The notes under the pieces are model-generated. The model ran no database searches. It worked only from the letters and a program-made list of their open reading frames with translations, and was not told the origin of the DNA. DNA of 40,000 nucleotides from Bacillus sp. AFS098217 (GTDB lineage Bacteria > Bacillota > Bacilli > Bacillales > Bacillaceae_G): NCBI RefSeq assembly GCF_002551815.1, contig NZ_NVPR01000004.1:3166-43165 (forward strand), written 5' to 3'. Of this stretch, positions 26,764-36,947 are shown in pieces. Position 1 is the stretch's first letter; every line of letters starts with the position of its first letter. The position numbers and the translations under genes are program-made.

Positions 26764-27822
26764 ATGGGTTTACCACAGATAAATATTACTTTTGCTGGTA
26801 AGGCAAAAACAGCATTGGATCGAAGTAAATTAGGGATTGTTTTATTAATTTTGAAAGATGATACAAACGATGCTATTTCCACTGTATATAAAAATACTGA
26901 TGAAGTGAAAACAGCGGATTGGAGTGCTGATAATTTTGATTATATTCAGCAAGCATTTGAAGGTAATCCTAGCAAAGTGATTTGTGAGCGTGTTGCTACA
27001 TCAGTAACCACTTATGATGAAGTATTATTGCGCTTGAAGAATAAAAAATTTAATTACCTGGCTATTCCACAGATTAAGGATACAGAAACGGCATCGATTG
27101 TAACATGGATAAAAACAAAACGTGAAAAAGAAAAGAAAACCTTCAAAGCTGTATTGCCAAATAGTGCAGCCGATCATGAAGGGATTATTAATTTCACAAC
27201 TAGCGGAATTAAAGTTGGTGAAAAAGATTACACAACAGCAGAATATACAGCACGTGTTGCTGGTATTTTAGCCGGCTTACCGTTTACTCGTTCAGCTACT
27301 TATTATGTGTTGCCTGAAGTTAGTTCTATTACTGAAATTGAAGACCCAGATGAAGCGGTAGACAATGGGGAATTGATTTTAATTAATGATGGTGAGCACA
27401 TTAAAATTGGTCGTGGTGTGAACAGCCTAAAGACTACTACTGATACGAAAAATGACGACTTCAAGAGTATTCGAGTTATGGAAACTATGGACATGGTCCG
27501 TGACGATATTTACAACACTTTCAATGAGCAATATGTAGGGAAAGTAAACAATGTGTACGATAACCAGGTATTATTTATCACAGCTCTTAATGCATATTTT
27601 ACTGGATTAAGTAATGAATCCATTTTGGATGATAAATCGGATAATAAATCCTGGATTAACGTAACTCTTCAGCGGAAAGCTTGGGAAGGTGCTGGAGTAG
27701 ATACGTCGGATTGGGATGACCAAAAGGTTAAGGAAATGGTATTTAAACGCAATGTTTTCCTAGCTGGAACTATTAAAATAGTCGATACAATGGAAGATTT
27801 AGATTTCCAGATTGCTATGTAG
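26764..27822 (+). CDS. Phage tail sheath protein (XkdK-like)
   Basis: MGLPQINITFAGKAKTALDRSKLGIVLLILKDD...; ATG at 26764 after GAAGGAG; C-terminal NVFLAGTIKIVDTMEDLDFQIAM. Confidence 0.93.
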   Translation: MGLPQINITFAGKAKTALDRSKLGIVLLILKDDTNDAISTVYKNTDEVKTADWSADNFDYIQQAFEGNPSKVICERVATSVTTYDEVLLRLKNKKFNYLAIPQIKDTETASIVTWIKTKREKEKKTFKAVLPNSAADHEGIINFTTSGIKVGEKDYTTAEYTARVAGILAGLPFTRSATYYVLPEVSSITEIEDPDEAVDNGELILINDGEHIKIGRGVNSLKTTTDTKNDDFKSIRVMETMDMVRDDIYNTFNEQYVGKVNNVYDNQVLFITALNAYFTGLSNESILDDKSDNKSWINVTLQRKAWEGAGVDTSDWDDQKVKEMVFKRNVFLAGTIKIVDTMEDLDFQIAM

Positions 27823-27835
27823 GGAGGTTCAATAG

Positions 27836-28270
27836 ATGGGTAAATTAAAAGGAAATAAGCAAATAAATGGTACCTTCGGTTCGGTTTGGGTAAATGGTGA
27901 AAAGTGGTTAGATGTTGAAAGTTTTGAAGCAAAAGTAACGATTGATTATGAAGATGTAAATATGGCGGAAGACTTAGCTACCCACAAGAAAATGATTGGA
28001 TGGACGGGTGAAGGTTCCATGACTGTGAAAAAAGTGTATTCCCGTGGAGCTAATCTATTAGCAAAGTCTGTGAAAGAAGGAATAGTACCAGAGGTTGGGA
28101 TTGTTGGGAAACTGGCGGATCCAGACGCATTTGGCGCTGAACGTGTGGCCATCAATGATGTTACCTTCAATGAGTTTATGTTGCTTCAATTTGAGCAAAA
28201 AACACTTGGTACAGAAGAATTATCGTTTAACTTTGCGGACTATGATCCAATCGATTTAATTTCAGCATAA
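27836..28270 (+). CDS. Phage tail tube protein (XkdM-like)
   Basis: 144 aa; GKLKGNKQINGTFGSVWVNGEKWLDVESFEAKVTIDYEDVNMAED. Confidence 0.93.
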   Translation: MGKLKGNKQINGTFGSVWVNGEKWLDVESFEAKVTIDYEDVNMAEDLATHKKMIGWTGEGSMTVKKVYSRGANLLAKSVKEGIVPEVGIVGKLADPDAFGAERVAINDVTFNEFMLLQFEQKTLGTEELSFNFADYDPIDLISA

Positions 28271-28282
28271 GGAGAGATAAAA

Positions 28283-28675
28283 ATGAAAGAGATTAAGAAA
28301 TTAACAGTAACGGATTTAATGAAGAATAAAGAGCAATATCAAGTAAAAGAGAATGTAACTGAAGAAGTATATATTGATCGTTTAGGTGCAAGTGTAACGA
28401 TTAGAAAACCTGAGAAGTCTTTATGTATTGAAGGTATGCAAATGGCACAGGATCCCAACCTGGTTGGTAAATCAGATGCATTTATTGTTTACAATGTTCT
28501 TGTAGAACCGAATTTAAAAGATAAACAATTACAAAAAGAATTTGGGTGTGTAGAGCCAACTGATATTGTTGATAAAATCTTTGAGCCTGGGGAAATCGGA
28601 AATATCGCTAAACTTGCATTAGAGTTAGTGGGATACACTAAGGCGTTAAAGAAGGTTAAGGACTTAAAAAACTAA
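28283..28675 (+). CDS. Tail assembly chaperone, zero-frame product (XkdN-like)
   Basis: 130 aa between tube and tape measure; ends GACTTAAAAAACTAA at a slippery site. Confidence 0.88.
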   Translation: MKEIKKLTVTDLMKNKEQYQVKENVTEEVYIDRLGASVTIRKPEKSLCIEGMQMAQDPNLVGKSDAFIVYNVLVEPNLKDKQLQKEFGCVEPTDIVDKIFEPGEIGNIAKLALELVGYTKALKKVKDLKN

Positions 28676-28833
28676 TTAAAAGTGATGAAGACTTTTATTT
28701 TCTTCATCACTATTTGCAAAAAGGATTCAAGCTAGATTATTTATTAAATTTACGGATAGATGAAAAGCTCTTTATGGCAGCTAGTATGAATCTACATTTG
28801 GAAGAAGAAAAAGCTAAGTTCTCTATGAAATAG
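28283..28833 (+). CDS. Tail assembly chaperone -1 frameshift fusion (183 aa predicted)
   Basis: Slip at A_AAA_AAC 28666-28672. The -1 frame then reads LIKSDEDFYFLHHYLQKGFKLDYLLNLRIDEKLFMAASMNLHLEEEKAKFSMK* to TAG 28831-28833. Confidence 0.88.
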
Positions 28834-28867
28834 CTTTTTCTTTTTTTATTGAAAAGAGGTGAAATAT

Positions 28868-30937
28868 TTGGCCAGTAGAGTTATTTCAGCGGTACTGGAA
28901 TTGAGGGATCGCTTTTCCGATCAAATGCGAAGAGCAGCTGATAATGCAGATGATTTTAGAAATAGATTAAAACGTGTTGAATCTCAGACAAGCAGTTTAG
29001 CAACGGTAGCAGTTGCTAAGTTTGCAGCTGTAGGCGCAGGGGTAGCAACTATAAGTGCAGCTACAGCACCAGCGGTGGCTGGAATTGGTGCGTTAGGTGC
29101 TTCTTTTGCTGCAGCTGGAATTGGTGCCGCTGCCTTCGGTGCGGTCTCAGTTTCTGTGTTAGGTGATGTATTCAGTAAGGCAGAAGAAGTAGGGAAAATT
29201 GAAGAGAAAATTGCGGATGCTGACACGGCTAAAGAGAAGCTAGCAGCACAAAAAGAACTTGCGGCAGTATACGAAGATATGGGAAATAAGCAAAAAGAAG
29301 CTATTAAAAACTTACAGGAATTTAAAAGTTTCTGGGGAGAATTCACAAAACAGTTTGAAGAACCTGTATTTGCACTATTTGGCCAGGGGTTAAAACTCAC
29401 TCAAGCAATACTAAAGGAAATGGCTCCCACAATATCAAGTGTTGCAGATGTTTTTGTTGAATTGATGGGTGAAGCGACAAATGCTATAGAAGCTGGAGGT
29501 TTAAAACCATTCTTTGAATGGCTAGAAACAAATGCAGCTGAGGCACTTTATAGCTTTGCTCATATTTTCGGAAACACCTTTGCAGGGATATTCTCATTAC
29601 TTCAAGCATTTGCCCCTTTAGGTGCCAGTATGGAAGAGGGGCTTTTAAGTTTGACCGAAAAGTTTAAAAACTGGGCTGCAAGTGTAGGAGAATCCCAAGG
29701 ATTCAAAGATTTTATCGATTATGCTAAAACAAATGGTCCAGTAATAATGGACATTTTAGGGAATGTTTTTGATGTAATTGTGGATGTAGGTGTGGCATTA
29801 GCGCCATTAGGTGAAAAACTATTGGGAGTGTTTCAAAATATCACCAACTTTCTTGCAGATTCAGAAGGAGTGAAAGAGTTCTTCCAAACACTTTCCGATA
29901 TTGGTATATCTATCATTGATAACTGGGGCCCGATATCTGATATTCTTATCAGTTTAACGGCCGGAGTAGCGGCTTTTAAAATAGCAATGGCAGGTATGGA
30001 AATCATAGGAATAGTTAATACACTGATGATGGCTTGGCACTCAGGAACATTAATGCAAACTACGGCACAATTGTTATTGAATAGTGCTATGTTAGCAAAT
30101 CCACTTACATGGGTTGCAGCTGCGATAGCGGCACTTATAGCAATAGGTGTACTTCTTTATTTAAACTGGGACACTGTGAAAGCAAAAGCAGGGGAATTAT
30201 GGTCCTGGTTAGTTGAAAAATGGGAAGGCATAAAATCAGCAACGTCCGAAGCTTGGAACGCAACAAAAGAATATATCTCTTCAGCGATTCAGGGGGCATG
30301 GGATAGTGTAGTTAGTACGGCTGAGTCCATATGGAACAGTATTGTTGAAAAGTGGAATTCTGTGAAACAATCAACGCAAGAAACCTGGGATGGTATAAAA
30401 ACAGCGATCAGTGACGCGATGAGCAGTGCAGGTGCTGCGATAAGCGATTTTTTTAGTCCACTTTTAAATTTTATCGATAGTGCAAAAGGTGCGTGGGATG
30501 GTTTTGTTGGTAAAATAACGAGCTTTAAAATGCCATCGTTCAGTTTCCCATCCTTACCATCATGGTTAGGGGGTGGCGGTGGAGCCGATGGCTCTCATGC
30601 TACAGGCTTGGCAAATGTACCATTTGATGGTTATAAAGCTGTCTTGCATAAAGGTGAAGCGGTTCTTACGGCTAGTCAGTCGAGTGCATTACGTGATGCT
30701 GGCATGTTAAAAGAAAATGCTAATGGTACTCCTACACTTAGTTTCAATTCTTCGGATGAAAATGCACAAGGTAGAAGTGCTGTCACTACTAATACGGATT
30801 CAAGTAATACAAGCAGCACTAACAATACAACCAACAAAAATAATGTTGTAGTAAATATTTATCCTCAAGGAACAACGGCAAAAGAGGTAATAAATGAGCT
30901 CGTACCTCAATTGGAATTAGCATTAGCAAATATGTAG
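28868..30937 (+). CDS. Tape measure protein (XkdO-like)
   Basis: About 689 aa; long helical, Ala-rich, hydrophobic centre; PSFSFPSLPSWLGG...GLANVPFDGYKAVLHKGEAVLTASQS. TTG at 28868 after GAGGTG preferred. Confidence 0.93.
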   Translation: MASRVISAVLELRDRFSDQMRRAADNADDFRNRLKRVESQTSSLATVAVAKFAAVGAGVATISAATAPAVAGIGALGASFAAAGIGAAAFGAVSVSVLGDVFSKAEEVGKIEEKIADADTAKEKLAAQKELAAVYEDMGNKQKEAIKNLQEFKSFWGEFTKQFEEPVFALFGQGLKLTQAILKEMAPTISSVADVFVELMGEATNAIEAGGLKPFFEWLETNAAEALYSFAHIFGNTFAGIFSLLQAFAPLGASMEEGLLSLTEKFKNWAASVGESQGFKDFIDYAKTNGPVIMDILGNVFDVIVDVGVALAPLGEKLLGVFQNITNFLADSEGVKEFFQTLSDIGISIIDNWGPISDILISLTAGVAAFKIAMAGMEIIGIVNTLMMAWHSGTLMQTTAQLLLNSAMLANPLTWVAAAIAALIAIGVLLYLNWDTVKAKAGELWSWLVEKWEGIKSATSEAWNATKEYISSAIQGAWDSVVSTAESIWNSIVEKWNSVKQSTQETWDGIKTAISDAMSSAGAAISDFFSPLLNFIDSAKGAWDGFVGKITSFKMPSFSFPSLPSWLGGGGGADGSHATGLANVPFDGYKAVLHKGEAVLTASQSSALRDAGMLKENANGTPTLSFNSSDENAQGRSAVTTNTDSSNTSSTNNTTNKNNVVVNIYPQGTTAKEVINELVPQLELALANM

Positions 30938-30950
30938 GGGTGGTGTAATA

Positions 30951-31364
30951 GTGGATATTATATTCTTTGCTAATAATAGGGAAGAGATGTTGCAACTTCC
31001 CATTGTTCCAGAAAATCAACAATGGGATGCACCACAAAAAAATGAAACATTCGATACCATTCAAAAAGGAGAGATTAATTTAATTGGTCTAAAAGGATTG
31101 ACCACTTTAAATATCTCTTCTTTTTTTCCTATGAAAGACTATTCATTTGCTAAAAGCAATACAAAAGGAGAAGAGTGTATTGCTTTTTTTAAGAAGTGGA
31201 AAGAAAGACGTGAACCTATAAGAATTATCATCATTAGTAAAACAAACCTGGAATTGTTAAATATTCTTGTTTCCATTGAGAACTTCACGTATGGAATAGA
31301 CAGAGCTGGAGATATTCCATATAAGCTTGATTTAAAAGAGTATATCCCTGTGAGGGTAACATAA
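30951..31364 (+). CDS. Tail/baseplate protein (XkdP-like N-terminal region, no LysM)
   Basis: 137 aa; LPIVPENQQWDAPQKNETFDTIQKGEINLIGLKGLTTLNISSFFP. Confidence 0.8.
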   Translation: MDIIFFANNREEMLQLPIVPENQQWDAPQKNETFDTIQKGEINLIGLKGLTTLNISSFFPMKDYSFAKSNTKGEECIAFFKKWKERREPIRIIIISKTNLELLNILVSIENFTYGIDRAGDIPYKLDLKEYIPVRVT

Positions 31365-32299
31365 TGGCACATCAAGTATATGTAAACACGTCAAATATCA
31401 CACAGTTAGTTGGAAACCTGGGATGGGAAAGTAATGTTGATACGCTTGGTGTTAAGCTTGATTTCAACTTGGCTTATTCCGATGTGAAAGGTTTTCCGAG
31501 AAACGTTGTTTCTATTGGTGATATCGTCACCTTAAGGAATGGGAATAAAGAGATTTTTAGAGGGATTGTAGTATCTGAAAGTGCTTCTGGTAGATCACCA
31601 AGGTCATATACGTGTTTTGATTTTGCTTTTTATCTAAACAAAAGTAAAACAATCATTCAATTTAATGGCCACACGGCAGATGATGCAATTCGAAAAGTAT
31701 TGATAGAGTTTAATGTGCCGCACAATGTAACGGATATTTCTACTCAAATAAACACTATCTATAAGGACAAAGTTGTAAGTGATATTATCAAGGATATTTT
31801 AGAGCAAGCTACTAATGAATTAGGTGTGAAGTACAGAATGGAAATGCGCGGCTGGGCCCTGTTTATTGAAAAACAGACTGACTTGGTTGTATCAGCTATG
31901 GTGGATTTGATTAGTAACCCATCTCGTAAACGATCAATTGAAGAAATGAAGAATAGTATTATAATCATTTCAGATAAAGACCAGGAAACAAGTATTGTTG
32001 CAACCGCAAAGGATAGTAACAGTATCAGGAAATATGGTTTACTGCAAGAGATACGAAATGTAAATGAGGAGGAAATGGCCCAAGCGCAAAACATAGCTCA
32101 CAATGTATTAAATGATTTAAACCGAATCAAAGAAGATAACAGTATTGAATTACTAGGTAATGATGATGTCAGAGCTGGTAGGATTTTAAAAGTAAATGAG
32201 CCAATCACAGGGATGAGTGGTAAATATTTAATTACCAGCTGTAAGCATACTGTAAATAATGGTATTCACAAAATGTCATTGTCGTTAGGGGTGACATAA
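31364..32299 (+). CDS. Baseplate hub protein (XkdQ / late-control-D-like)
   Basis: 311 aa; TLRNGNKEIFRGIVVSES...SYTCFDFAFYLNKSKTIIQF. Confidence 0.88.
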   Translation: MAHQVYVNTSNITQLVGNLGWESNVDTLGVKLDFNLAYSDVKGFPRNVVSIGDIVTLRNGNKEIFRGIVVSESASGRSPRSYTCFDFAFYLNKSKTIIQFNGHTADDAIRKVLIEFNVPHNVTDISTQINTIYKDKVVSDIIKDILEQATNELGVKYRMEMRGWALFIEKQTDLVVSAMVDLISNPSRKRSIEEMKNSIIIISDKDQETSIVATAKDSNSIRKYGLLQEIRNVNEEEMAQAQNIAHNVLNDLNRIKEDNSIELLGNDDVRAGRILKVNEPITGMSGKYLITSCKHTVNNGIHKMSLSLGVT

Positions 32300-32640
32300 T
32301 GAATGGAATTGTGGAATTAGCTAAGTTATTTAAAGACAGAGAAAACGAACCGTATGAAGGTTATGTAATAGGGGAAGTCATGGCTGACTTTCCAGATGTG
32401 AAAATTAAAATTGACGATAACATTCATTTGGATGTATCACATTTAGTATTCGCAGCACACCTTCTAAGTAACTATACACGCGAGTATGAAATAGTTGACG
32501 AGTTTAGTGTTACTACGGGAAAAATAAAATGGACTGATACCATTAAAAAAGGTGATAGAGTCATTTTAGTTCCGTCGCAAAATGGCCAATCGTACATTGT
32601 CATAGATAAGGCGGTGACATTTAATGTTTCCGGTAATTGA
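32299..32640 (+). CDS. XkdR-like / DUF2577 baseplate protein
   Basis: 113 aa; MNGIVELAKLFKDRENEPYEGYVIGEVMADFPDVKIKIDDNIHLD. Confidence 0.85.
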   Translation: MNGIVELAKLFKDRENEPYEGYVIGEVMADFPDVKIKIDDNIHLDVSHLVFAAHLLSNYTREYEIVDEFSVTTGKIKWTDTIKKGDRVILVPSQNGQSYIVIDKAVTFNVSGN

Positions 32641-33067
32641 TGAATCAAACATACCAAATGAAGAAAAGGAATCTCAAAAGGCTCGTCATACTGGCAAGTC
32701 TTTTCTTTATGACTTCAAAAAGGGTGACTTTGTTACGCAAAATGGCAAACTTGTAGAAGTTATAGGTACTGAGGCGTTGAAAGTTTGGATTGAAAAAATC
32801 ATTCGTACAGAAAAATTTAGATTCAGGATATATGAAGCAACCAGTGATGATCAGTATGGTGTTACGATTGAAGATTTATTCAGTTCACCACTACCTCGTG
32901 CATTTATAGAATCTGAAATAAAACGTGAAGTTACAGCATCGATACTCACACACAGTGAGATACAAAGCCTTGAAGATTGGGGATTTGAATATAAAGGTGG
33001 CCGTACTTCTATTCATTTTACTGTGGAATTAATCGATGGCGCATTTAACTTTGAGGTGGTGATCTAA
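32624..33067 (+). CDS. XkdS-like / DUF2634 baseplate wedge protein
   Basis: 147 aa; KSFLYDFKKGDFVTQNGKLVEVIGTEALKVWIEKIIRTEKFRFRIYEA. Confidence 0.87.
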   Translation: MFPVIDESNIPNEEKESQKARHTGKSFLYDFKKGDFVTQNGKLVEVIGTEALKVWIEKIIRTEKFRFRIYEATSDDQYGVTIEDLFSSPLPRAFIESEIKREVTASILTHSEIQSLEDWGFEYKGGRTSIHFTVELIDGAFNFEVVI

Positions 33068-34108
33068 TTGGAGACTGAACAAGACATTCAAAATCGGATG
33101 TTAAGTAAGATAGGTGAGGAACATGATAAAAGCACCGGTTCATTTATATATGATGCAACAAAACCAGCTGCAATTGAGTTTGAAACCAAAAACAAAGAGA
33201 TTGCAGCTGTTCAAGATAAATTGGATATAGAAAAATTGACGGATAAAGAGTTGGAGCGGTTTATCTATCAAAGAACCGGTATTGAAAGAAAACGAGCTAC
33301 AAAGGCAACAGAAGAAGTTATTATTTCCGGTTCACAGGGGTCTTCTATCAGTAAAGGTGAATTGGTCGGGACAGATACCATTAACTTTGTATCACTGGAA
33401 GATAAGGTAATTAATGAGTCTGGCTTAATGCATGTGTTAGTCGAGTGTGAAAAGCCTGGGAAAATTGGCAATGTGCCAGCCAGTAGCATTACTAAGTTTC
33501 CAGTAACCCTTCCAGGGTTAATTAATGTATATAACCCAAGACCTTTCACAAATGGGTATGAGGCTGAGTCAGATACTGATCTAAGACAACGATATTATGA
33601 CAAACTCCAAAAGCCAGGTAAGGCAGGCAATAAATATCACTATCTTGAATGGGCAAAAGAAGTTACAGGTGTTGGAGATGCAAGGGTGGTACCGCGTTTT
33701 AATGGTCCACTTACAATGAAAGTAGTGATTATTGATGCAAACAAACAACCAGCATCTAAAGAGTTAATACAAAACGTCCGTGAACACATCGAAAATGAAA
33801 TGCCATTTGGTGTGGAAGAATTGCGAGTATCTACGGCAGCTGCTGTCCCTATAAATCTATCAGTATCTTTAACATTGGCTGATGGTTATACAGAAGAAAC
33901 GGTGAAGGCTCATATTAAAACAAATGGAATAGAGTACCTTCAACAAATTGCTTTTAAAACAAGTTTTGTTAGCTATGCCAAAATTGGCGCACTCATTATC
34001 GCAAGTGAAGGTGTGTTGGATTATCAAAACCTATTAGTAAATGGTGGAGCGACCAATATTCCAATTGGTAATGAAGAAGTAGCGATTATGGGAGGTGTCA
34101 ACGAATGA
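33068..34108 (+). CDS. Baseplate J/gp47-family protein (XkdT-like)
   Basis: 346 aa; [72 protein letters not shown]. Confidence 0.93.
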   Translation: METEQDIQNRMLSKIGEEHDKSTGSFIYDATKPAAIEFETKNKEIAAVQDKLDIEKLTDKELERFIYQRTGIERKRATKATEEVIISGSQGSSISKGELVGTDTINFVSLEDKVINESGLMHVLVECEKPGKIGNVPASSITKFPVTLPGLINVYNPRPFTNGYEAESDTDLRQRYYDKLQKPGKAGNKYHYLEWAKEVTGVGDARVVPRFNGPLTMKVVIIDANKQPASKELIQNVREHIENEMPFGVEELRVSTAAAVPINLSVSLTLADGYTEETVKAHIKTNGIEYLQQIAFKTSFVSYAKIGALIIASEGVLDYQNLLVNGGATNIPIGNEEVAIMGGVNE

Positions 34109-34452
34109 ATCATATGAGTGTGTATTTAAAGAATAAAGTACTGACGGATAACTTAAGAACAAACCTAGTGTATGTAGCTTTATTCAATTCAGATGTGGAA
34201 GTTTCAAAAGCAAGTTATACAAGGCAAGCTATAACATTTGTGGAACCAACAGATGGACAAACGTCAAACAATGCCGATGTTCTTTTTCCTATTGCTGCTG
34301 AAGTATGGGGAGATATTACACACATTGGTATTTTTGATAGTGCGACAAGTGGCAACTTGCTTTTTAAGTCTCCTGCAGAGTTCGTTAAAAATATTGATGT
34401 TTCAAGTCAGTATAAAATACCGAAAAACTACTTAATTGTTCGGTTGAAGTAG
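34105..34452 (+). CDS. Phage tail/baseplate-associated protein
   Basis: 115 aa; [36 protein letters not shown]; syntenic. Confidence 0.7.
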   Translation: MNHMSVYLKNKVLTDNLRTNLVYVALFNSDVEVSKASYTRQAITFVEPTDGQTSNNADVLFPIAAEVWGDITHIGIFDSATSGNLLFKSPAEFVKNIDVSSQYKIPKNYLIVRLK

Positions 34453-34461
34453 GTGGTGTAA

Positions 34462-35280
34462 ATGCACGCTATACAAGAACAACAGTGGGGACAAGTAAAA
34501 GTTCGCACTTGGAAAGAATTAAACGCTCATCAGTGGGAATGCTTCAGAATGGCATTAATGGAGTCCGAAACGGACTTAACTGTGCAAGGTGTAAAAGTAG
34601 TTCAATCGGGCGCTGTAAATGAATTGTCTACTGAAATGCAAACACAAGGGATTCGAGTAGAACATTCACCTGCTATTATGCAAACCATTACTGAAATGAT
34701 TACAAGTATAGTAGTTTCGAAGAGAGACTATAAAACGGACCTGCTTAAATATTTACCTTTATACGAGCGGAAATCAGCTGTTTTTAAAGGTATCATGACC
34801 TCGTATGATAGGGAGCTTAGGAACTTAGAGCAAAGTCTGGAAGTAGTCGATAGAAACATATTCTTGGATACTGCGATTGAAACATTGCCTATTTTTGAAC
34901 GCGATTTGGGGATAAAGCCAGTTAAAACATTACGCTATGATCAGCGCCGTGAACAAATTTCTTCAAGGTATCGAGCAAGTTTTGACCAAACCACTGAAGA
35001 AACAATTAAATCAGTAGCAAAGGCCTATAGTAATGGCGAAGTAGAAGTAAATAAAACAGATACCCCAGGTATCTATGAAATTAAATTTATAGGTACCATA
35101 GGAATCCCGAACAATTTAGATGGTTTAAAGCAAGCGTTGGATATTGTTATGCCAGCTCATCTTGGATTGATATATACATTCGTATTTAATCCTTGGGATA
35201 TGTGGAGAAGAAGCACATGGGGTGAAGTTAAAGATAAGACTTGGAACAATTTAAGAGTATGGGATGAGGCGAAAGAATGA
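34462..35280 (+). CDS. YmfQ-like tail protein (XkdU region)
   Basis: 272 aa; LLKYLPLYERKSAVFKGIMTSYDRELRNLEQSLEVVDRNIFLDTAIETLPIFERDLGI. Confidence 0.85.
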   Translation: MHAIQEQQWGQVKVRTWKELNAHQWECFRMALMESETDLTVQGVKVVQSGAVNELSTEMQTQGIRVEHSPAIMQTITEMITSIVVSKRDYKTDLLKYLPLYERKSAVFKGIMTSYDRELRNLEQSLEVVDRNIFLDTAIETLPIFERDLGIKPVKTLRYDQRREQISSRYRASFDQTTEETIKSVAKAYSNGEVEVNKTDTPGIYEIKFIGTIGIPNNLDGLKQALDIVMPAHLGLIYTFVFNPWDMWRRSTWGEVKDKTWNNLRVWDEAKE

Positions 35281-35639
35281 AAAATACATTGAATTATAAT
35301 TTAAAGAAACCTGACTTAGAGGATTATGTAAATGTCGCTGATCTTAATGACAATATGGATATTGTGGATGGTGAAATCAAGAAGAACACAGACAAAATCG
35401 ATGTTTTAGAACAAAATTTAGAAACGCATGTTGCTGATAGTGAGAAGCATATAACAGCAGAAGAGCGGGCGATATGGAATAGTAAAGCAGAAGGTAATAT
35501 TAGAGAGGATGCAACAAAACCTCTTAGAGTGGAGGTGAAGAGTTCCTTGCCATCAGTTGGAGTAGAAGGACAAATTGTTCTTGATAAATCAGGCTCTATT
35601 CCTAAATTTAAAGGTTATACTGGTGGCAAGTGGGTTTGA
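35277..35639 (+). CDS. Tail fibre N-terminal part, apparent 5' piece of a split gene
   Basis: 120 aa ending KGYTGGKWV*; continuation found in the +1 frame. Confidence 0.8.
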   Translation: MKNTLNYNLKKPDLEDYVNVADLNDNMDIVDGEIKKNTDKIDVLEQNLETHVADSEKHITAEERAIWNSKAEGNIREDATKPLRVEVKSSLPSVGVEGQIVLDKSGSIPKFKGYTGGKWV

Positions 35640-36591
35640 CTTATTAGGTAATAGTACCGGTATGGTAGCTGGTACTTCTGTAGGAGTTATAAATGGTGTG
35701 CTTTTCACTGATACAAAAATTATTTTTATAAACGGTACTACAGAAATTACATCATATGATAAAGAAACATATCAACTTGTAAAAAAAATAACTACAGAAC
35801 CTTTAAATGGCGGCGCGTATTATATCGCTGGAAACTCAAAATACTTTGCGATAATTTCTCACAATTCCTCTGCCCAAGAATCAATACTTATTTATGATGA
35901 AAACTTAAATAAACTAGTTCAAGAAAGCGGTAATGGACAATATTTTAATCAAGTGATATTTGAAGATAACTATTGCTACATTCAAAAAGGTACTCACGGT
36001 GGCAGTAATAATAGAATACTGAAGTATTTATTGCCTAGTTTTACATTGGTTGCATCCACTACAGGAGAATATGGCATTGCAAATTCAGCAAACCCATTTG
36101 TGGATAAAGATTTTCTTTACATGCTCGCACCAAATAACACTAAAGAAATTAGAAAGTATTTAAAGTCAAACTTGTCTTTAGTTTCGTCGTATAGTAATCT
36201 ACCTGATTATTCAAAGTGGGTATTTGCTACTGATAACTATATTTATGTTGTTTCATATTTACTTAGCGGAGTGCCTGGGACCACTTATAGACTGGATAAA
36301 TCATTAAAAGAAATGACTCGAATATCTGATCCTGTGTTATATGTTTCTAAGGGCTGTTATTATACGAAGCGAACAGAAAATGTAATTAATACTGGTACAC
36401 AATATGCTTTAGCTTGTGTAGATGAGCTAAGTGGAAATGTTTTGCGCAATGTAAGAATTATAAGTGATATGAAAGTGGTTGGTGACTATACAAAGAAAAA
36501 TTCAGCGCCAACTTTTTTCTCTGGGCAAAATGATGCTAATTTAAAAGGTATGTATATTGAAATAAAAGATTTTGGGGGCGACTTTTTATGA
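35638..36591 (+). CDS. Tail fibre C-terminal part in the +1 frame (beta-propeller-like); the ORF track assigns TTG 35575 as start
   Basis: Reads DLLGNSTGMVAGTSVGVING... directly from GAC 35638. A +1 shift or 1-nt deletion gives a 437-aa fusion, ..KGYTGGKWVDLLGNS... Confidence 0.78.
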   Translation, partial: DLLGNSTGMVAGTSVGVINGVLFTDTKIIFINGTTEITSYDKETYQLVKKITTEPLNGGAYYIAGNSKYFAIISHNSSAQESILIYDENLNKLVQESGNGQYFNQVIFEDNYCYIQKGTHGGSNNRILKYLLPSFTLVASTTGEYGIANSANPFVDKDFLYMLAPNNTKEIRKYLKSNLSLVSSYSNLPDYSKWVFATDNYIYVVSYLLSGVPGTTYRLDKSLKEMTRISDPVLYVSKGCYYTKRTENVINTGTQYALACVDELSGNVLRNVRIISDMKVVGDYTKKNSAPTFFSGQNDANLKGMYIEIKDFGGDFL

Positions 36592-36947
36592 TTTATATTA
36601 TTAACAATCATAGCATTGTTTATGATAAAAACTATTTAACAGAAGATGAATTAGAAAATGCTTGGGTTATTGAATCTATTCCAAAACCTGAAAATAAAGT
36701 AGGATTTATTCCTATTTTATGTATTGATAAAGATGATAAGAAAATTTGGTATGAATATGAAGAAAAGCCATTAACCGTAGAAGAAAAAATGAAACACTTA
36801 GAAAGTGAAAATGTACAACTTGGTCAACAAGTAAGTGGGTTAGAGATTCAACTTTTACAAAGAGATAAAGATGTCGAATTGCTAGGTAAGACGGTAACAG
36901 ATTTAGAAATTGAAGTATTAAAATTTCAAACTGGGGGTACAAAATAA
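36588..36947 (+). CDS. XkdW-like tail protein
   Basis: 119 aa; YEEKPLTVEEKMKHLESENVQLGQQVSGLEIQLLQRDKDVELLGK. Confidence 0.75.
   Translation: MIYIINNHSIVYDKNYLTEDELENAWVIESIPKPENKVGFIPILCIDKDDKKIWYEYEEKPLTVEEKMKHLESENVQLGQQVSGLEIQLLQRDKDVELLGKTVTDLEIEVLKFQTGGTK

Noticed and set aside
28984-29400. 138-aa minus-strand Ala/Thr-rich ORF
   Set aside because: Shadow frame of the Ala-rich tape measure N-terminus.
31759-32094. 111-aa minus-strand ORF
   Set aside because: Antisense to the XkdQ-like gene; no support.
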